Positions 8,549 to 18,459 of a DNA stretch of 64,000 nt are shown here, piece by piece (position 1 is the first letter of the stretch; every line of letters begins with the position of its first letter). The position numbers and the translations under genes are program-made. Under the pieces are notes generated by a model. The model did no database searches. It was not told the origin of the DNA and saw nothing but the letters and a program-made list of their open reading frames with translations. This stretch comes from Thiomicrorhabdus sp. (GTDB taxonomy: Bacteria > Pseudomonadota > Gammaproteobacteria > Thiomicrospirales > Thiomicrospiraceae): NCBI GenBank assembly GCA_963677355.2, contig CAXXXQ010000003.1, forward strand, positions 322,364 to 386,363. Reading direction: 5' to 3'.

Positions 8549-10870
8549 TTACCCGGCTTTTCTATATTTTTTTCCGACTCTGGACAGGGTGAAATAAAGC
8601 AGCGCAAAGGCACTCAAAATAATTGCCAGCCAGCTGAGGCTTTGAGCCGGATGCTGTTGATAAGTTGCCAGTTGATAAAAGCCGACTGCCACGCTATAAC
8701 CTAAGAACATGCTCCAACCGCCGCTGTAAAGCGCCCAGCGCCAACCCAATTCTTGTTTGATTGCACCAAATGTAGCCACGCAAGGGAAATAAAGCAGAAT
8801 TAATAACAGGTAGGCGTAAGCCCCGACTTGACCGTCGAAATACTTAGCCATCTTATCCAGTGTCGATAAGGTGAAGCCTTGATCTTCGGCAATGGCGACC
8901 TTGTCGGAAACATCTTCGATAGACTGTAAGCCTAACGGATCGACTATGCCGCCAAACAGGCCGCTCAGATTTTCCGGTATGGTGTTGACTGCTTCACCCA
9001 AGGCGCCAAGCAGATCATAATCCTGCGACGCGACGGTTTCCACCTCTTCTTGTTGGTACAGCGCATCCAATGAACCTACCACGACCTCTTTAGCCAGCAA
9101 CCCGGTGAACAGACCGACAGTGGCAGGCCAGTTCTCTTCCGTGATGCCAAGCGGTTCTACTATTGGGGTGGCGGTTTTGGCGACTGTACTTAATACTGAC
9201 GTCGGCTGATTTTCGTGGCCGAAAGTGCCGTCTGTTCCCAGACTATTGAAGAAATTCAACACCAATACCACCAAGACAATGACTTTACCGGCATCAAGAA
9301 TAAAGCTTTTCATCTTATTACGGGTGTTGAGCAGAACATTCAATACCGCCGGTTTATGGTAGATTGGCAGCTCCATTAACAGAGCCGGCGCTTCACCGGG
9401 TAACAATGTTTTTTTCAATAGCAGAGCGGTGATAACCGCGGCCACAATACCCGCCAAATAAAGTGAAAAGACGATGATGGCGGCGTTGTCACTGAAGAAA
9501 GCAGTGGCAAACATGACATAAACGGTCAGTCGGGCGCTACAGGACATAAAAGGCGTCATCATAATGGTCATGATACGGTCGCGCTGGTCCGGTAAGGTTC
9601 TGCTGGCCAGTACCGCCGGGATATTGCATCCGAACCCGACTACCAGCGGAATAAAGGCTTGACCGGAAAGCCCTAAACGGCGCATCAGATTGTCCATAAT
9701 CAAGGCGGCACGCTGCATATAGCCGGTCTCTTCCATAATGGAAAGCAGCAGAAAGAGTGCGCCGATAACCGGAATAAAGGTGGCGACCACTTGCACACCG
9801 CCGCCGATGCCTTGGGCTAAAAAAGCGATGAGCCAGCTAGGCGCATTCAGGGTTTCCAGTAGCGCGGACGGGCCGTCAACAAATAGGGCTTGGGCACCGA
9901 GATCGAAGAAATCGATAAAAGCGTTACCGATGGTAATGGAGAGCGCAAACACCAAATACATAATTCCCAGAAAAATCGGCATGCCGAAGATCGGGTGCAA
10001 GGTCCAGCGGTCGATCTGATCAGTGGTGTTGCGGGTGAATTGATCGGTATGCTCTTGGCTGGCATGCGCGGCATCGTGGGCGAATTGGAAGTATAGATCC
10101 GCCGAGATCAGGGCTAGATCTTCCTGATAGTGCTTTTCTAATTTCTGTTTTTCGGCTTCGCAGAAACTGCGCAATTCAAGCGGCGCTTCCTGCGGCGTAA
10201 TCAACATCTGCAAGGTTTTCCAGCATGAATCGGAATGTGGATCATCCTGAAGGTCTCGTACTGCATGAACCGATTGGTGCAAAACATCCGGCAGGTCAAA
10301 ATGCAGATCCGAACGTTTATTCAACATTTCCGGCAGCAATTGTTTCAGCTGGTCTATGCCTTTATTGTAGTAGGCGGAGATCGGAATAACCGGGCAGCCC
10401 AAAGCACTTGATAACTTGTCGATGTCGATTCGCAGGTTTCGTTCTTTAAGCAGATCCATACGGTTTAAAACGACCACCACCGGTAGCCCCATATGCAATA
10501 GTTGCGCGGTTAAGAACAGTTGGCGCTCTAAACTGGTCGCATCAACCACGTTGAGGATCACATCGGCCGGTTGGCAGGTTAAAAACTGGCTGGCGATACG
10601 TTCGTCCAACCCTCGATGCGACGAGTCTTCAAGACTGTACACGCCGGGTAAATCAATCAGGTGATACTGGTCGTTATTGAGTTTGAAGTAGCCGGATTTT
10701 TGCTCTACGGTCACGCCCGGCCAGTTCCCGGTGGTCTGTTGCGCACCGGTCAGACGGTTGAATAGGGTGGTTTTTCCGCAGTTCGGGTTACCGATCAGGC
10801 CGATTTGATAGGCGATCTTGCCGGTTTCGGCTTGCTTTTTAAATTTGATTTTGGGTTTAATGACGGTCAT
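8549..10870 (-). CDS. feoB: ferrous iron transporter FeoB
   Basis: 773 aa with an N-terminal G-domain (GNPNCGKTTLFN, DLPG, NRMD) followed by a polytopic membrane domain. Confidence 0.95.
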   Translation of the reverse strand: MTVIKPKIKFKKQAETGKIAYQIGLIGNPNCGKTTLFNRLTGAQQTTGNWPGVTVEQKSGYFKLNNDQYHLIDLPGVYSLEDSSHRGLDERIASQFLTCQPADVILNVVDATSLERQLFLTAQLLHMGLPVVVVLNRMDLLKERNLRIDIDKLSSALGCPVIPISAYYNKGIDQLKQLLPEMLNKRSDLHFDLPDVLHQSVHAVRDLQDDPHSDSCWKTLQMLITPQEAPLELRSFCEAEKQKLEKHYQEDLALISADLYFQFAHDAAHASQEHTDQFTRNTTDQIDRWTLHPIFGMPIFLGIMYLVFALSITIGNAFIDFFDLGAQALFVDGPSALLETLNAPSWLIAFLAQGIGGGVQVVATFIPVIGALFLLLSIMEETGYMQRAALIMDNLMRRLGLSGQAFIPLVVGFGCNIPAVLASRTLPDQRDRIMTIMMTPFMSCSARLTVYVMFATAFFSDNAAIIVFSLYLAGIVAAVITALLLKKTLLPGEAPALLMELPIYHKPAVLNVLLNTRNKMKSFILDAGKVIVLVVLVLNFFNSLGTDGTFGHENQPTSVLSTVAKTATPIVEPLGITEENWPATVGLFTGLLAKEVVVGSLDALYQQEEVETVASQDYDLLGALGEAVNTIPENLSGLFGGIVDPLGLQSIEDVSDKVAIAEDQGFTLSTLDKMAKYFDGQVGAYAYLLLILLYFPCVATFGAIKQELGWRWALYSGGWSMFLGYSVAVGFYQLATYQQHPAQSLSWLAIILSAFALLYFTLSRVGKKYRKAG

Positions 10871-11109
10871 GCCAGCAGTTCGACTTCAATGTTTTCAGCG
10901 ATATGTTTGTCTATGGCAAAACGGCTGCCGTCGACACAGACAACTAGATTTTGTCCACGGCTCAGAATCATTTCCACAATGCTATGGGTGTGGAAACCGA
11001 GATTGACCAAACGTTTTTTGGTTTCCAAATTGCCGTTCAATCCGACGATCTGGCTGTGCTGGCCATTGAGGCATTGGGAGAGAGGAATACTGTATCTAAC
11101 TGCTGACAT
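10867..11109 (-). CDS. feoA: FeoA
   Basis: 80-aa SH3-like FeoA pattern (L..G....I......G....RL..LG...G..V). Overlaps the feoB start by 4 nt. Confidence 0.85.
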   Translation of the reverse strand: MSAVRYSIPLSQCLNGQHSQIVGLNGNLETKKRLVNLGFHTHSIVEMILSRGQNLVVCVDGSRFAIDKHIAENIEVELLA

Positions 11110-11112
11110 CTT

Positions 11113-11183
11113 AATGAATGATAATGGTTTTTATTTAGGGGAGCTAGATTATCAGAGCGGGGGTGTAAATGCAAATTATTCTC
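11113..11183 (-). promoter_or_regulatory. candidate Fur-box-like sequences upstream of feoA
   Basis: Two 19-mers (11113..11131 and 11165..11183) each match the GATAATGATAATCATTATC consensus at about 12 of 19 positions by hand alignment. A further GATAAT hexamer lies between them. The matches are moderate only. Confidence 0.3.
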
Positions 11184-11324
11184 AATAAAAATTACTTGTG
11201 CAAGACCGTGATTTGAATTTATAAGTCTATGTTTTTTATAAGAGCTTTCGTATAGGCTTGTTTGCATGTCGGGGTAAGATAGGACTTACCCCGTTTTAGA
11301 TTCAACACTGTTGAAAACGGTGTT

Positions 11325-11936
11325 TTATGACTTCTTCTGTACTTTATACAACGCCACTTCACCTAACAGGTTCGGCGCTATACGCATGCCTAGAGAGGTA
11401 CGGTGTTCCGCATTGACCACTGTTCGCGCTACGACTTCCAAACCTTTTTCTTCACAGAGGTCTTCAAAGTCATTGAAAGTACACATATGAATATTAGGTG
11501 TATCGTACCAGTGGTAGGGCAGGGTTTCCGTTTCTGGCATGCGGCCGTTGGTCAGTAGCTGTAAACGCATGCGCCAATAACCGAAGTTAGGGAAAGTAAT
11601 GATGCACTGCTTACCCACCGCCAGCATATCGTCCAGCAGCTCGTCGGGTCGGCTGACTACTTGCAATGCCTGAGTCATGATGACGAAATCGAATGAGTCT
11701 TCATCAAAGTATTCGCAAATGTCGTGGTTGTTTAAATCGCTTTGAATGACGTTGATGTTTTTCTGCACCGCTTGAATGGTCTTCTGCGGATCCAGCTCAA
11801 AGCCGTAACCGGTAATGTTATGGGTATCCATCAGGTGTTTAAGCAGTTGGCCGTCGCCGCAGCCTAAGTCAAGTACGCGACTGTTCGGGGTGATCCAATC
11901 GGAAATCAGTTTGAATTCAGGAGAGATATGGTTCAT
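11325..11936 (-). CDS. metW: methionine biosynthesis protein MetW
   Basis: 203 aa with a SAM-MTase-like fold (VLDLGCGDG). Overlaps the metX stop by 4 nt, the classical metXW pair. Confidence 0.9.
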   Translation of the reverse strand: MNHISPEFKLISDWITPNSRVLDLGCGDGQLLKHLMDTHNITGYGFELDPQKTIQAVQKNINVIQSDLNNHDICEYFDEDSFDFVIMTQALQVVSRPDELLDDMLAVGKQCIITFPNFGYWRMRLQLLTNGRMPETETLPYHWYDTPNIHMCTFNDFEDLCEEKGLEVVARTVVNAEHRTSLGMRIAPNLLGEVALYKVQKKS

Positions 11937-13087
11937 TTTTTCGCTCCTGTTTTGTTCGCTTGAATATCTGCATAAACTCGATCCATATAGGTCGAAAAGA
12001 TTCCTTGATAATGTTCATTTGGCAATAAGAAAGCATCATGCCCGTGTTCGGATTGGACTTCGGCATAGCTGACACTGGCATCATTATCCAACAAGGCTTT
12101 GACTATCTCGTGTGAACGAGCCGGAGAGAAGCGCCAATCGGAAGTAAAGGAGACAACCAGAAACTTCGCGGTGGCTTTCGCCAAGGCTTTGCTGAGATCG
12201 TGATCGTAATCCGCCGCCGGGTCGAAATAGTCGAGCGCCTTGGTCATTAACAGATAAGTATTGGCATCAAAGTTCATTTTGGTTGCAAACTTTTCACCTT
12301 GATAGCGCAGATAACTCTCGACCTGAAATTCCACTTCGTAGTTATATTGCAATTTACCTTCACGCAGTTCGCGGCCGAACTTGCTGCCCATCATGTCGTC
12401 GGACAGGTAGGTCAGATGTCCAAGCATTCTTGCTAGAGACAGGCCTTGTTTGGGTACTGTATTGTGTTCCAGAAAACGGCCTTCATGGAAGTCGGGATCG
12501 GACATAATGGCGCGACGCGCCACTTCGTTAAAAGCGATATTCTGCGCCGAAAGTTTCGGTGCGGCGGCAATGACCAGCGCATGTTTCAGTTTGTCCGGGT
12601 AGTCAATCGCCCACTGCAAGACCTGCATGCCACCCATTGAACCGCCAATCAACGCCGCCCACTGCTCTATACCTAGGTGCTTTCGCAGTTCGTTCTGGCT
12701 TTGCACCCAGTCTTTACAGGTGACAATCGGAAAATCCGGTCCGTACACTTTCCCCGTGTCCGGGTTGACCGTGGTCGGTCCGGTGCTGCCGCGGCAGCCG
12801 CCTAAATTGTTTGAACAGACGACAAAGAATTTATCGGTGTCAACCGGCTTGCCTGGGCCGATATAGCCGTCCCACCAGCCGGGTTTGCCGTCCTTGTCAA
12901 CGCCGGCCACATGGTGATCTCCGCTTAAAGCGTGACAGACCAAAATGGCGTTGGATTTATCTGCATTTAATTGACCATAGGTTTCATAAATCAATTCATA
13001 GCCGGGCAGCACCGCGCCGCTTGTTAATTCAAGCGGGGTGTTTACTTTGAGGATTTCGGGGGTAGTAACAATCGGGTTTTCACTCAT
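11933..13087 (-). CDS. metX: homoserine O-acyltransferase MetX (acetyl versus succinyl specificity not decidable)
   Basis: 384 aa alpha/beta hydrolase with GGSMGGMQ nucleophile elbow and conserved C-terminal HGHDAFL. Confidence 0.9.
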   Translation of the reverse strand: MSENPIVTTPEILKVNTPLELTSGAVLPGYELIYETYGQLNADKSNAILVCHALSGDHHVAGVDKDGKPGWWDGYIGPGKPVDTDKFFVVCSNNLGGCRGSTGPTTVNPDTGKVYGPDFPIVTCKDWVQSQNELRKHLGIEQWAALIGGSMGGMQVLQWAIDYPDKLKHALVIAAAPKLSAQNIAFNEVARRAIMSDPDFHEGRFLEHNTVPKQGLSLARMLGHLTYLSDDMMGSKFGRELREGKLQYNYEVEFQVESYLRYQGEKFATKMNFDANTYLLMTKALDYFDPAADYDHDLSKALAKATAKFLVVSFTSDWRFSPARSHEIVKALLDNDASVSYAEVQSEHGHDAFLLPNEHYQGIFSTYMDRVYADIQANKTGAKK

Positions 13088-13095
13088 TTAACTGT

Positions 13096-13674
13096 TTAAC
13101 CTATCATCTGTTGAGCCAGTTGTGCAATGGAACCCACAATCACAATCTGAAAGAGTTTGATCGCAAGAATGGCGACCAGCGGCGATAAATCCAAACCTCC
13201 GACCGGAGGGATCAGTTTTTGGAACGGAGCCAGAACGGGTCTGGTCAGTTGTTCAAAAATAGCGGTGTTAGGATTGTATCCCTGACTGACCCAACTTAGG
13301 ACCGCTTGAATGATGATCAACCAAAACATCATATCCAACAGTTGATTGGCGATTTCCGTTAAAGACGCAATGATGATAAAAGGGATACCGAATGAACGAT
13401 CGGTTAACCAAGCCACCAAAAGGATAAACAGAGCTTGAATGGTAATGGCAGTTGCAATGGCCGACCAGTCCCAGCGACTTTTTACCGGTATAAAAGTGTT
13501 GTAGGGCGCACAGAGCGGATTGGTGACTTTGGCGATAAATTTTACCACCGGATGGCGCCAGTCCGCATGGGTAGCCCGCAGCAGAAAGCGTAACATTAAG
13601 GCAAAAATAATCAGCCCGGTGATGAATTGCAGTAAAAACAGGCCGCCCTGACCGACCGGAGAAGTCAATTCCAT
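13096..13674 (-). CDS. yggT: YggT family membrane protein
   Basis: 192 aa, hydrophobic, duplicated YGGT-like segments. Located between proC and metX as in other gammaproteobacteria. Confidence 0.85.
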   Translation of the reverse strand: MELTSPVGQGGLFLLQFITGLIIFALMLRFLLRATHADWRHPVVKFIAKVTNPLCAPYNTFIPVKSRWDWSAIATAITIQALFILLVAWLTDRSFGIPFIIIASLTEIANQLLDMMFWLIIIQAVLSWVSQGYNPNTAIFEQLTRPVLAPFQKLIPPVGGLDLSPLVAILAIKLFQIVIVGSIAQLAQQMIG

Positions 13675-14501
13675 TACGCTTTTCCTCCTAGTTCATCCGC
13701 CAGCTCTTCGGCACGATCGTGCGCTGCCTGCATGGCTTTGCTGACAATTTCTCTGAGATTATCGGCTTCAAAACTTTGTATTGCCCGTTCGGTGGTGCCG
13801 TTTGGAGAGGTGACGTTGTGGCGTAAAGTCTGACAATCCTGATGGCTTTCCAGAACCATTTTGGCTGCGCCTAAGGCGGTTTGCAGCGTCAACAGATGGG
13901 CGGTTTTTTCATCTAGACCAAGTTGTTGTCCCGCCTGTTCCATCGCTTCCATAAACAGGAAATAATAAGCCGGGCCGCTTCCGGAAAGGGCGGTAACCGA
14001 ATCCAGTTGCGACTCTTCATTTACCCAAACGGTTAAACCGGCCGCGCGCATGATGTGTTCCGCCTGGCTTTTCTGCTCTTCGTTGACGGTGTCATTGGCA
14101 TAAAGACCAGTTGCGCCAGTTTGAATCAGCGCCGGCGTATTCGGCATGGTTCTGACGATGGCATTGCTTGCACCCAGCCACTGATCAATCGCACCGCTTC
14201 TAATACCGGCCGCTACTGAGATAATAAGCGGTTTTTTGCTTTGTACGGCGGGTTCTATCGTTAAGCAGACCGATTCCAGGATTTGCGGTTTGACGGCAAG
14301 TACCACAATATCGGATTGATTGATCGCTTCGAGATTGTCGGCAAAACAGGTGATACCGAATCTTTCGGTAACCCGTTGTCGTTGCGCTTCAGTCGGATCG
14401 GTGGCAAAAATTTTGTGTTTGTCATAACCGCTGGCAATTAAGCCGCCAATCAGGCTTTGAGCCATATTACCGGCTCCAATAAAACAGATAGTAGCATTCA
14501 T
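13674..14501 (-). CDS. proC: pyrroline-5-carboxylate reductase
   Basis: N-terminal Rossmann motif FIGAGNMAQSL and C-terminal SPNGTTE signature. Confidence 0.95.
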   Translation of the reverse strand: MNATICFIGAGNMAQSLIGGLIASGYDKHKIFATDPTEAQRQRVTERFGITCFADNLEAINQSDIVVLAVKPQILESVCLTIEPAVQSKKPLIISVAAGIRSGAIDQWLGASNAIVRTMPNTPALIQTGATGLYANDTVNEEQKSQAEHIMRAAGLTVWVNEESQLDSVTALSGSGPAYYFLFMEAMEQAGQQLGLDEKTAHLLTLQTALGAAKMVLESHQDCQTLRHNVTSPNGTTERAIQSFEADNLREIVSKAMQAAHDRAEELADELGGKA

Positions 14502-14614
14502 AATGAATAGAATCTTTTTCCGAAAAACGAGATGGAAATATTATAAAGGATAATGCGTTAAAAAATACCCCAATCGAATCGGGGGAGAATGGCTGTTGGG
14601 CAAGAGAGGAATGA

Positions 14615-14640
14615 AAAACGCCGCTTTAAAGCGGCGTTTT
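14615..14640 (-). terminator. intrinsic terminator after the cytochrome gene (perfect palindrome, usable in both directions)
   Basis: AAAACGCCGCTTT|AAAGCGGCGTTTT gives a GC stem flanked by an A-run and a T-run. It lies 6 nt downstream of the stop at 14646. Confidence 0.75.
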
Positions 14641-14645
14641 CGGGT

Positions 14646-16934
14646 TTAGTTAATGGTGGTCGAGTCTGAGGCGATCTGCTCAGGGGTCGGTGGAGTCTCC
14701 TCGTACATGTATTTAAAGCGGCGTACATGACTATCGCCTTCAATGCCGTGCTCCGGATCGTCCGCATGCATACCGTGGACAAAACTAGGTCGAATACTTT
14801 GATAACGAAGTTCAACATCAACCGTGAATGGGGCTGTTGCTCCCGTAGTGTCCACCGTGTAAGTTACGGTGTCTTTGCCGTCTGACCCGGCGCCATCTTT
14901 ACCAGTGGCAAAGTTGGCATCGCTCGTTGCTAAACCGTTAACGTCATCGTCATACATGCCGGGGGTAACCGGGTTGGCATGACGATTCGCTAAAGTCCAA
15001 CCAATCGGCGGAATGCGGTTGTCTTTCAAGTATTGGTTGGCATGCAACAGTACATGCGTGATATCGCCATTGACATCACCCAGCACCGGCTCATAGATAG
15101 CTACCTGATCATCGCTAGTAATGGTGTCATGGTGAGGTTCGTAACAGCTTGAATAATCAAAACCGGAAGTATGGTCTTTCTCGATTTTCAGACATTCATA
15201 AGCATTGAACTGATCATCTTTAGCCAAGTAACCTCTTGCGTCGGTTGCACCGGATTCAAAGACAATCGAGCCGTTATTGTCGGTGACTTTCATATATATC
15301 CACATACGACGCGACGGGAAACTGGTCGGCAAACGGTGCCCGGTCAAGTTGGTAATGGTCACCGGAATGGTTAATGAACCACTGTTATTACTCGGATTTA
15401 CCACTTCTACGGTGGCGGCATTTGCCAGCATAGCGCGTGTTTGCGCAATTTTATCGTTAAAACCGTTCTCGGTGGTTTTATCCGAGATACCGAGCTCTAC
15501 CATATAATCTCTTAGCAGACTAAGTAGATAACTGTTGCCACCGACAAATTCATGTACCGAGAAAACGCTGCTCGAATCGTTGGCAAGGTCGGTGCCGGAC
15601 GGTCTATCCGTTGCATTGGTTGGACGCGTGGTAATCGGTGTGACGTAGTTGGCTTCCGGCGGTGCCATATGACACTGCTGACAGGTTTTGCCGGTAGTTG
15701 GATTAGAGTATTGGCTGTTTAACCAGTCCCAATAAGGCGTTTGTTCCGGGAATTGAGCGATACTGCCATTCACAAGATGCGGGTCACCGTCCAGATTCAG
15801 AGTGGGAGTATAGAGGTTATGACAGCTTGCACACATAGCCGATTCGCGAATATGGCTGCTGTGCTCCGGTGTATAGATCGTATTGTTTTGCATCGCCTGA
15901 CCGATCGGGCTGATGAATGGCCCGAAAATGCTGGGATCAACACCGTTATTTTCTTCTTCCGATTTAATGGTGTAGTGGCCGCTCATGCTGTTAAGTAGTA
16001 CAGGATCTGTAAGTGGATCACTGTTAACTGCAGGATCTGGTGAGCGTGGATCTTGCATCTGGTGACACGAGGTACAAGAAATCCCCTCACGGGCATGCGG
16101 GTCCGTCATGGCAGTGGCCATAGGGTAACCACCGTCTTGACTTAGACCGGTCGGGTCGGAAGTCAATAGTTCAATATTTTGGTGCGCGTGCGTGGAAGCC
16201 ATCGGTGCGTGGCAACGTAGACAGGTGTCTTCAATAAATACTTGTTTGTCCGGGAAGATATGCACTTCTTCTTCGACGACCGCATTGAAATAAGGGTCGT
16301 TTAAGGAGTGCGCCATGACGCTGTGCTTCCATTGCGCTGCCGGACTGACATCTTTGAAATTATGTTCCATGATTCCATCATCACTCTCAATATCTCCAGC
16401 AGTTCCGGTATGGCAGGAGGCACAGCTACTGGCATTAGTGAAGACTCCGGTTATTCCCCAATTGGCAGCATAAGCAGGGTTATTGAACATGGCGCTGTGT
16501 TCGCCATCTAAAAGTGAAACGCTCGCTTCGCCATCGCTAATAACGGCATTGGTTGCTGAAGTCAGAGTGACTGTAAAGGTCTTTGTGGTAGCGGTATCTC
16601 TGCCATCCACCAAAGCGATACTAATCGTTTTTGATGTTTCGCCGCTTGCAAAAGTTAATGTGCCTGTATTGCTTACATAATCTGTTGCCGCAACAGCCGA
16701 GCCGTCAGCCGTTGCATATTCAACGGTAACGGCGTTATCCGTGGCGGTTGAAAGTGTCACGGTCACGTCTACCGATGTAGCGGTATTCACCGCTTGAGTA
16801 TCGGCAATACTTAGCGATGGAGTGCTTGGTTCGTCGCTGCTGCCACCGCCGCCTCCGCTGCCGCCGCCGCCTCCGCATCCGCTGAGGGAGAGAGTGACAA
16901 AAACAAGAAGTGCTAACCATTTAGACTGGAACAT
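14646..16934 (-). CDS. lipoprotein multiheme c-type cytochrome with N-terminal Calx-beta domain
   Basis: Start taken at MFQSKWLALLVFVTLSLSGC (lipobox LSGC, aa 19 of the listed ORF). A Gly-rich linker GGGGGSGGGGGS follows. A Calx-beta-like repeat is present (TDYVSNTGTLTFASGETSKTISIALVDG). There are five CxxCH motifs (CASCH, CLRCH, CTSCH, CASCH, CQQCH), and a TGHRLPTSFPSRR segment seen in multiheme cytochrome families. Confidence 0.85.
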   Translation of the reverse strand: MFQSKWLALLVFVTLSLSGCGGGGGSGGGGGSSDEPSTPSLSIADTQAVNTATSVDVTVTLSTATDNAVTVEYATADGSAVAATDYVSNTGTLTFASGETSKTISIALVDGRDTATTKTFTVTLTSATNAVISDGEASVSLLDGEHSAMFNNPAYAANWGITGVFTNASSCASCHTGTAGDIESDDGIMEHNFKDVSPAAQWKHSVMAHSLNDPYFNAVVEEEVHIFPDKQVFIEDTCLRCHAPMASTHAHQNIELLTSDPTGLSQDGGYPMATAMTDPHAREGISCTSCHQMQDPRSPDPAVNSDPLTDPVLLNSMSGHYTIKSEEENNGVDPSIFGPFISPIGQAMQNNTIYTPEHSSHIRESAMCASCHNLYTPTLNLDGDPHLVNGSIAQFPEQTPYWDWLNSQYSNPTTGKTCQQCHMAPPEANYVTPITTRPTNATDRPSGTDLANDSSSVFSVHEFVGGNSYLLSLLRDYMVELGISDKTTENGFNDKIAQTRAMLANAATVEVVNPSNNSGSLTIPVTITNLTGHRLPTSFPSRRMWIYMKVTDNNGSIVFESGATDARGYLAKDDQFNAYECLKIEKDHTSGFDYSSCYEPHHDTITSDDQVAIYEPVLGDVNGDITHVLLHANQYLKDNRIPPIGWTLANRHANPVTPGMYDDDVNGLATSDANFATGKDGAGSDGKDTVTYTVDTTGATAPFTVDVELRYQSIRPSFVHGMHADDPEHGIEGDSHVRRFKYMYEETPPTPEQIASDSTTIN

Positions 16935-17409
16935 AACGAATCCTTTAACCTTCAAGGCCCAAAAAAATTTTAAGAATAATGGAGGCAATTAAACCATTAA
17001 TGCTTTGCCGGTAGACAAATAACCATGCAATTCTTGAACCAAAATTGATATGAATTAACAAAAATTATTGTTTATTAGAGGGCGCTTATATAGTTATGCG
17101 TAGTGGTTAACCATATAAGAAATAAAGCGCTTTTATCGAGACGGATAAAGCGAGGTAATAACAGGTGGCACGGAGCATTATCGGGATCCGAATTGATCAG
17201 AAAATCGGGATTGCAAAAGCGCTCTAAAAGGTGACGCAAGTACCGGAGAAAAAAAGTGCTATGTAACGCTAAAGGATTCTTTGAACGGCCGTTATATTAA
17301 AGTACAGAGGCGGTTAGCGTTTGGTGATCCTGAGCGAATAAACAGCCCTAATAATTTAAATGGATTGATTGGAATCGATTGATCTGTTTGGATTATGCAA
17401 AAAGGAGAT

Positions 17410-17443
17410 AACCCGAAAACGATGATTCGATTTCGGGTTTTTT
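17410..17443 (-). terminator. long hairpin downstream of yggS, with the better T-run on the + strand
   Basis: AACCCGAAA-(a)CGA-tgat-TCG(a)-TTTCGGGTT followed by TTTT on the + strand. On the minus strand the stem is followed by ATCTCCTTTTT. It lies 24 nt after the yggS stop. Confidence 0.6.
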
Positions 17444-17466
17444 ACTTTCAGGCTCTAGAAAGCCGT

Positions 17467-18171
17467 TTAATGATTCAAGTTTGAATAATCACGGGTGCCA
17501 AAGATATCGGTGCCGATACGAACGATCGTTGCGCCTTCGGCAATCGCCGCTTCCAGATCGGCCGACATGCCCATAGATAACGTATCTAAACGCCAGTCCG
17601 GATGCTGGTTTTGGAGCTGCTTTAATAACCGTTGCATGGCCGCAAAAGGTTTGCGCTGTTCGGTAAAACTCTCTGCTTTTTGCGGAATCGCCATCAAGCC
17701 TCTTAAGTGCAGTTTGGGCAGCAGGGCGATTTGTTTGGCTACCTGCATTACCTCTTCTCTACTCAACCCCGCTTTGGATGCTTCCCCGCTGATATTGACT
17801 TCAAGCAGGATATTTAATGGCGGCAAGTCGTCCGGACGTTGGTCGTTCAGACGCTGGGCGATTTTCAATCGATCTACGCTGTGAACCCAGTTGAAATGCG
17901 CCGCGATGTGTTTGGTTTTATTGGATTGGATCGGACCGATAAAATGCCATTCCAATTCCGGTAAAACCTCGATTTTTTCCAATGCTTCTTGTACATAATT
18001 CTCGCCGAACGCCCGTTGCCCGTATTCCGCCAAAATTTTAATGTCTTCAATCGGTTTGGTTTTGCTGACGGCTAACAGTTGAACGGATTCGGCAGGGCGG
18101 TCCGATTCGATACAAGCTTGTGCGATACGTTCTTGTACCTGACGGTAGCGTTCAATAATCTGGTTTTGCAT
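17467..18171 (-). CDS. yggS: YggS family pyridoxal-phosphate homeostasis protein
   Basis: Start at MQNQIIERY (aa 21 of the listed ORF) aligns with E. coli YggS as I recall it. LLAVSKTKP PLP-lysine motif and FGENYVQE are present. Confidence 0.9.
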   Translation of the reverse strand: MQNQIIERYRQVQERIAQACIESDRPAESVQLLAVSKTKPIEDIKILAEYGQRAFGENYVQEALEKIEVLPELEWHFIGPIQSNKTKHIAAHFNWVHSVDRLKIAQRLNDQRPDDLPPLNILLEVNISGEASKAGLSREEVMQVAKQIALLPKLHLRGLMAIPQKAESFTEQRKPFAAMQRLLKQLQNQHPDWRLDTLSMGMSADLEAAIAEGATIVRIGTDIFGTRDYSNLNH

Positions 18172-18459
18172 AGGAGGTACTCTTGAATTGCTATAGAGGA
18201 ATATTCTAGCGGTTCTTTCGTTAGCTTGCATAACGGCAGACTGAAATGAACTGGTTAAGGTGAGGGCGCAGCTGATAGCAGAGACGAATCTTTAGCGTGT
18301 TTTTCAGTCTTAACCGAGTGAAATAACAGGTTAATTATTTGAAATCAATTTTGCTTTGATTGTTAATCGCTAAGCCGCTGTAAAACTGAATTCAAAGGCG
18401 TATAGTTAAGAAGATAAAAGCTCTATAAACAGATTCAAAAGACGATTGAAGGAGGTTGT

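Noticed and set aside
14558-14821. 87-aa ORF spanning the cytochrome gene 3' end and its terminator
   Set aside because: It overlaps the palindromic terminator and the better-supported cytochrome frame. No motif.
16845-16885. GCC/GCT-rich trinucleotide-like repeat
   Set aside because: Not a regulatory microsatellite. It encodes the GGGGGSGGGGGS linker after the lipobox of the cytochrome. The units are imperfect.
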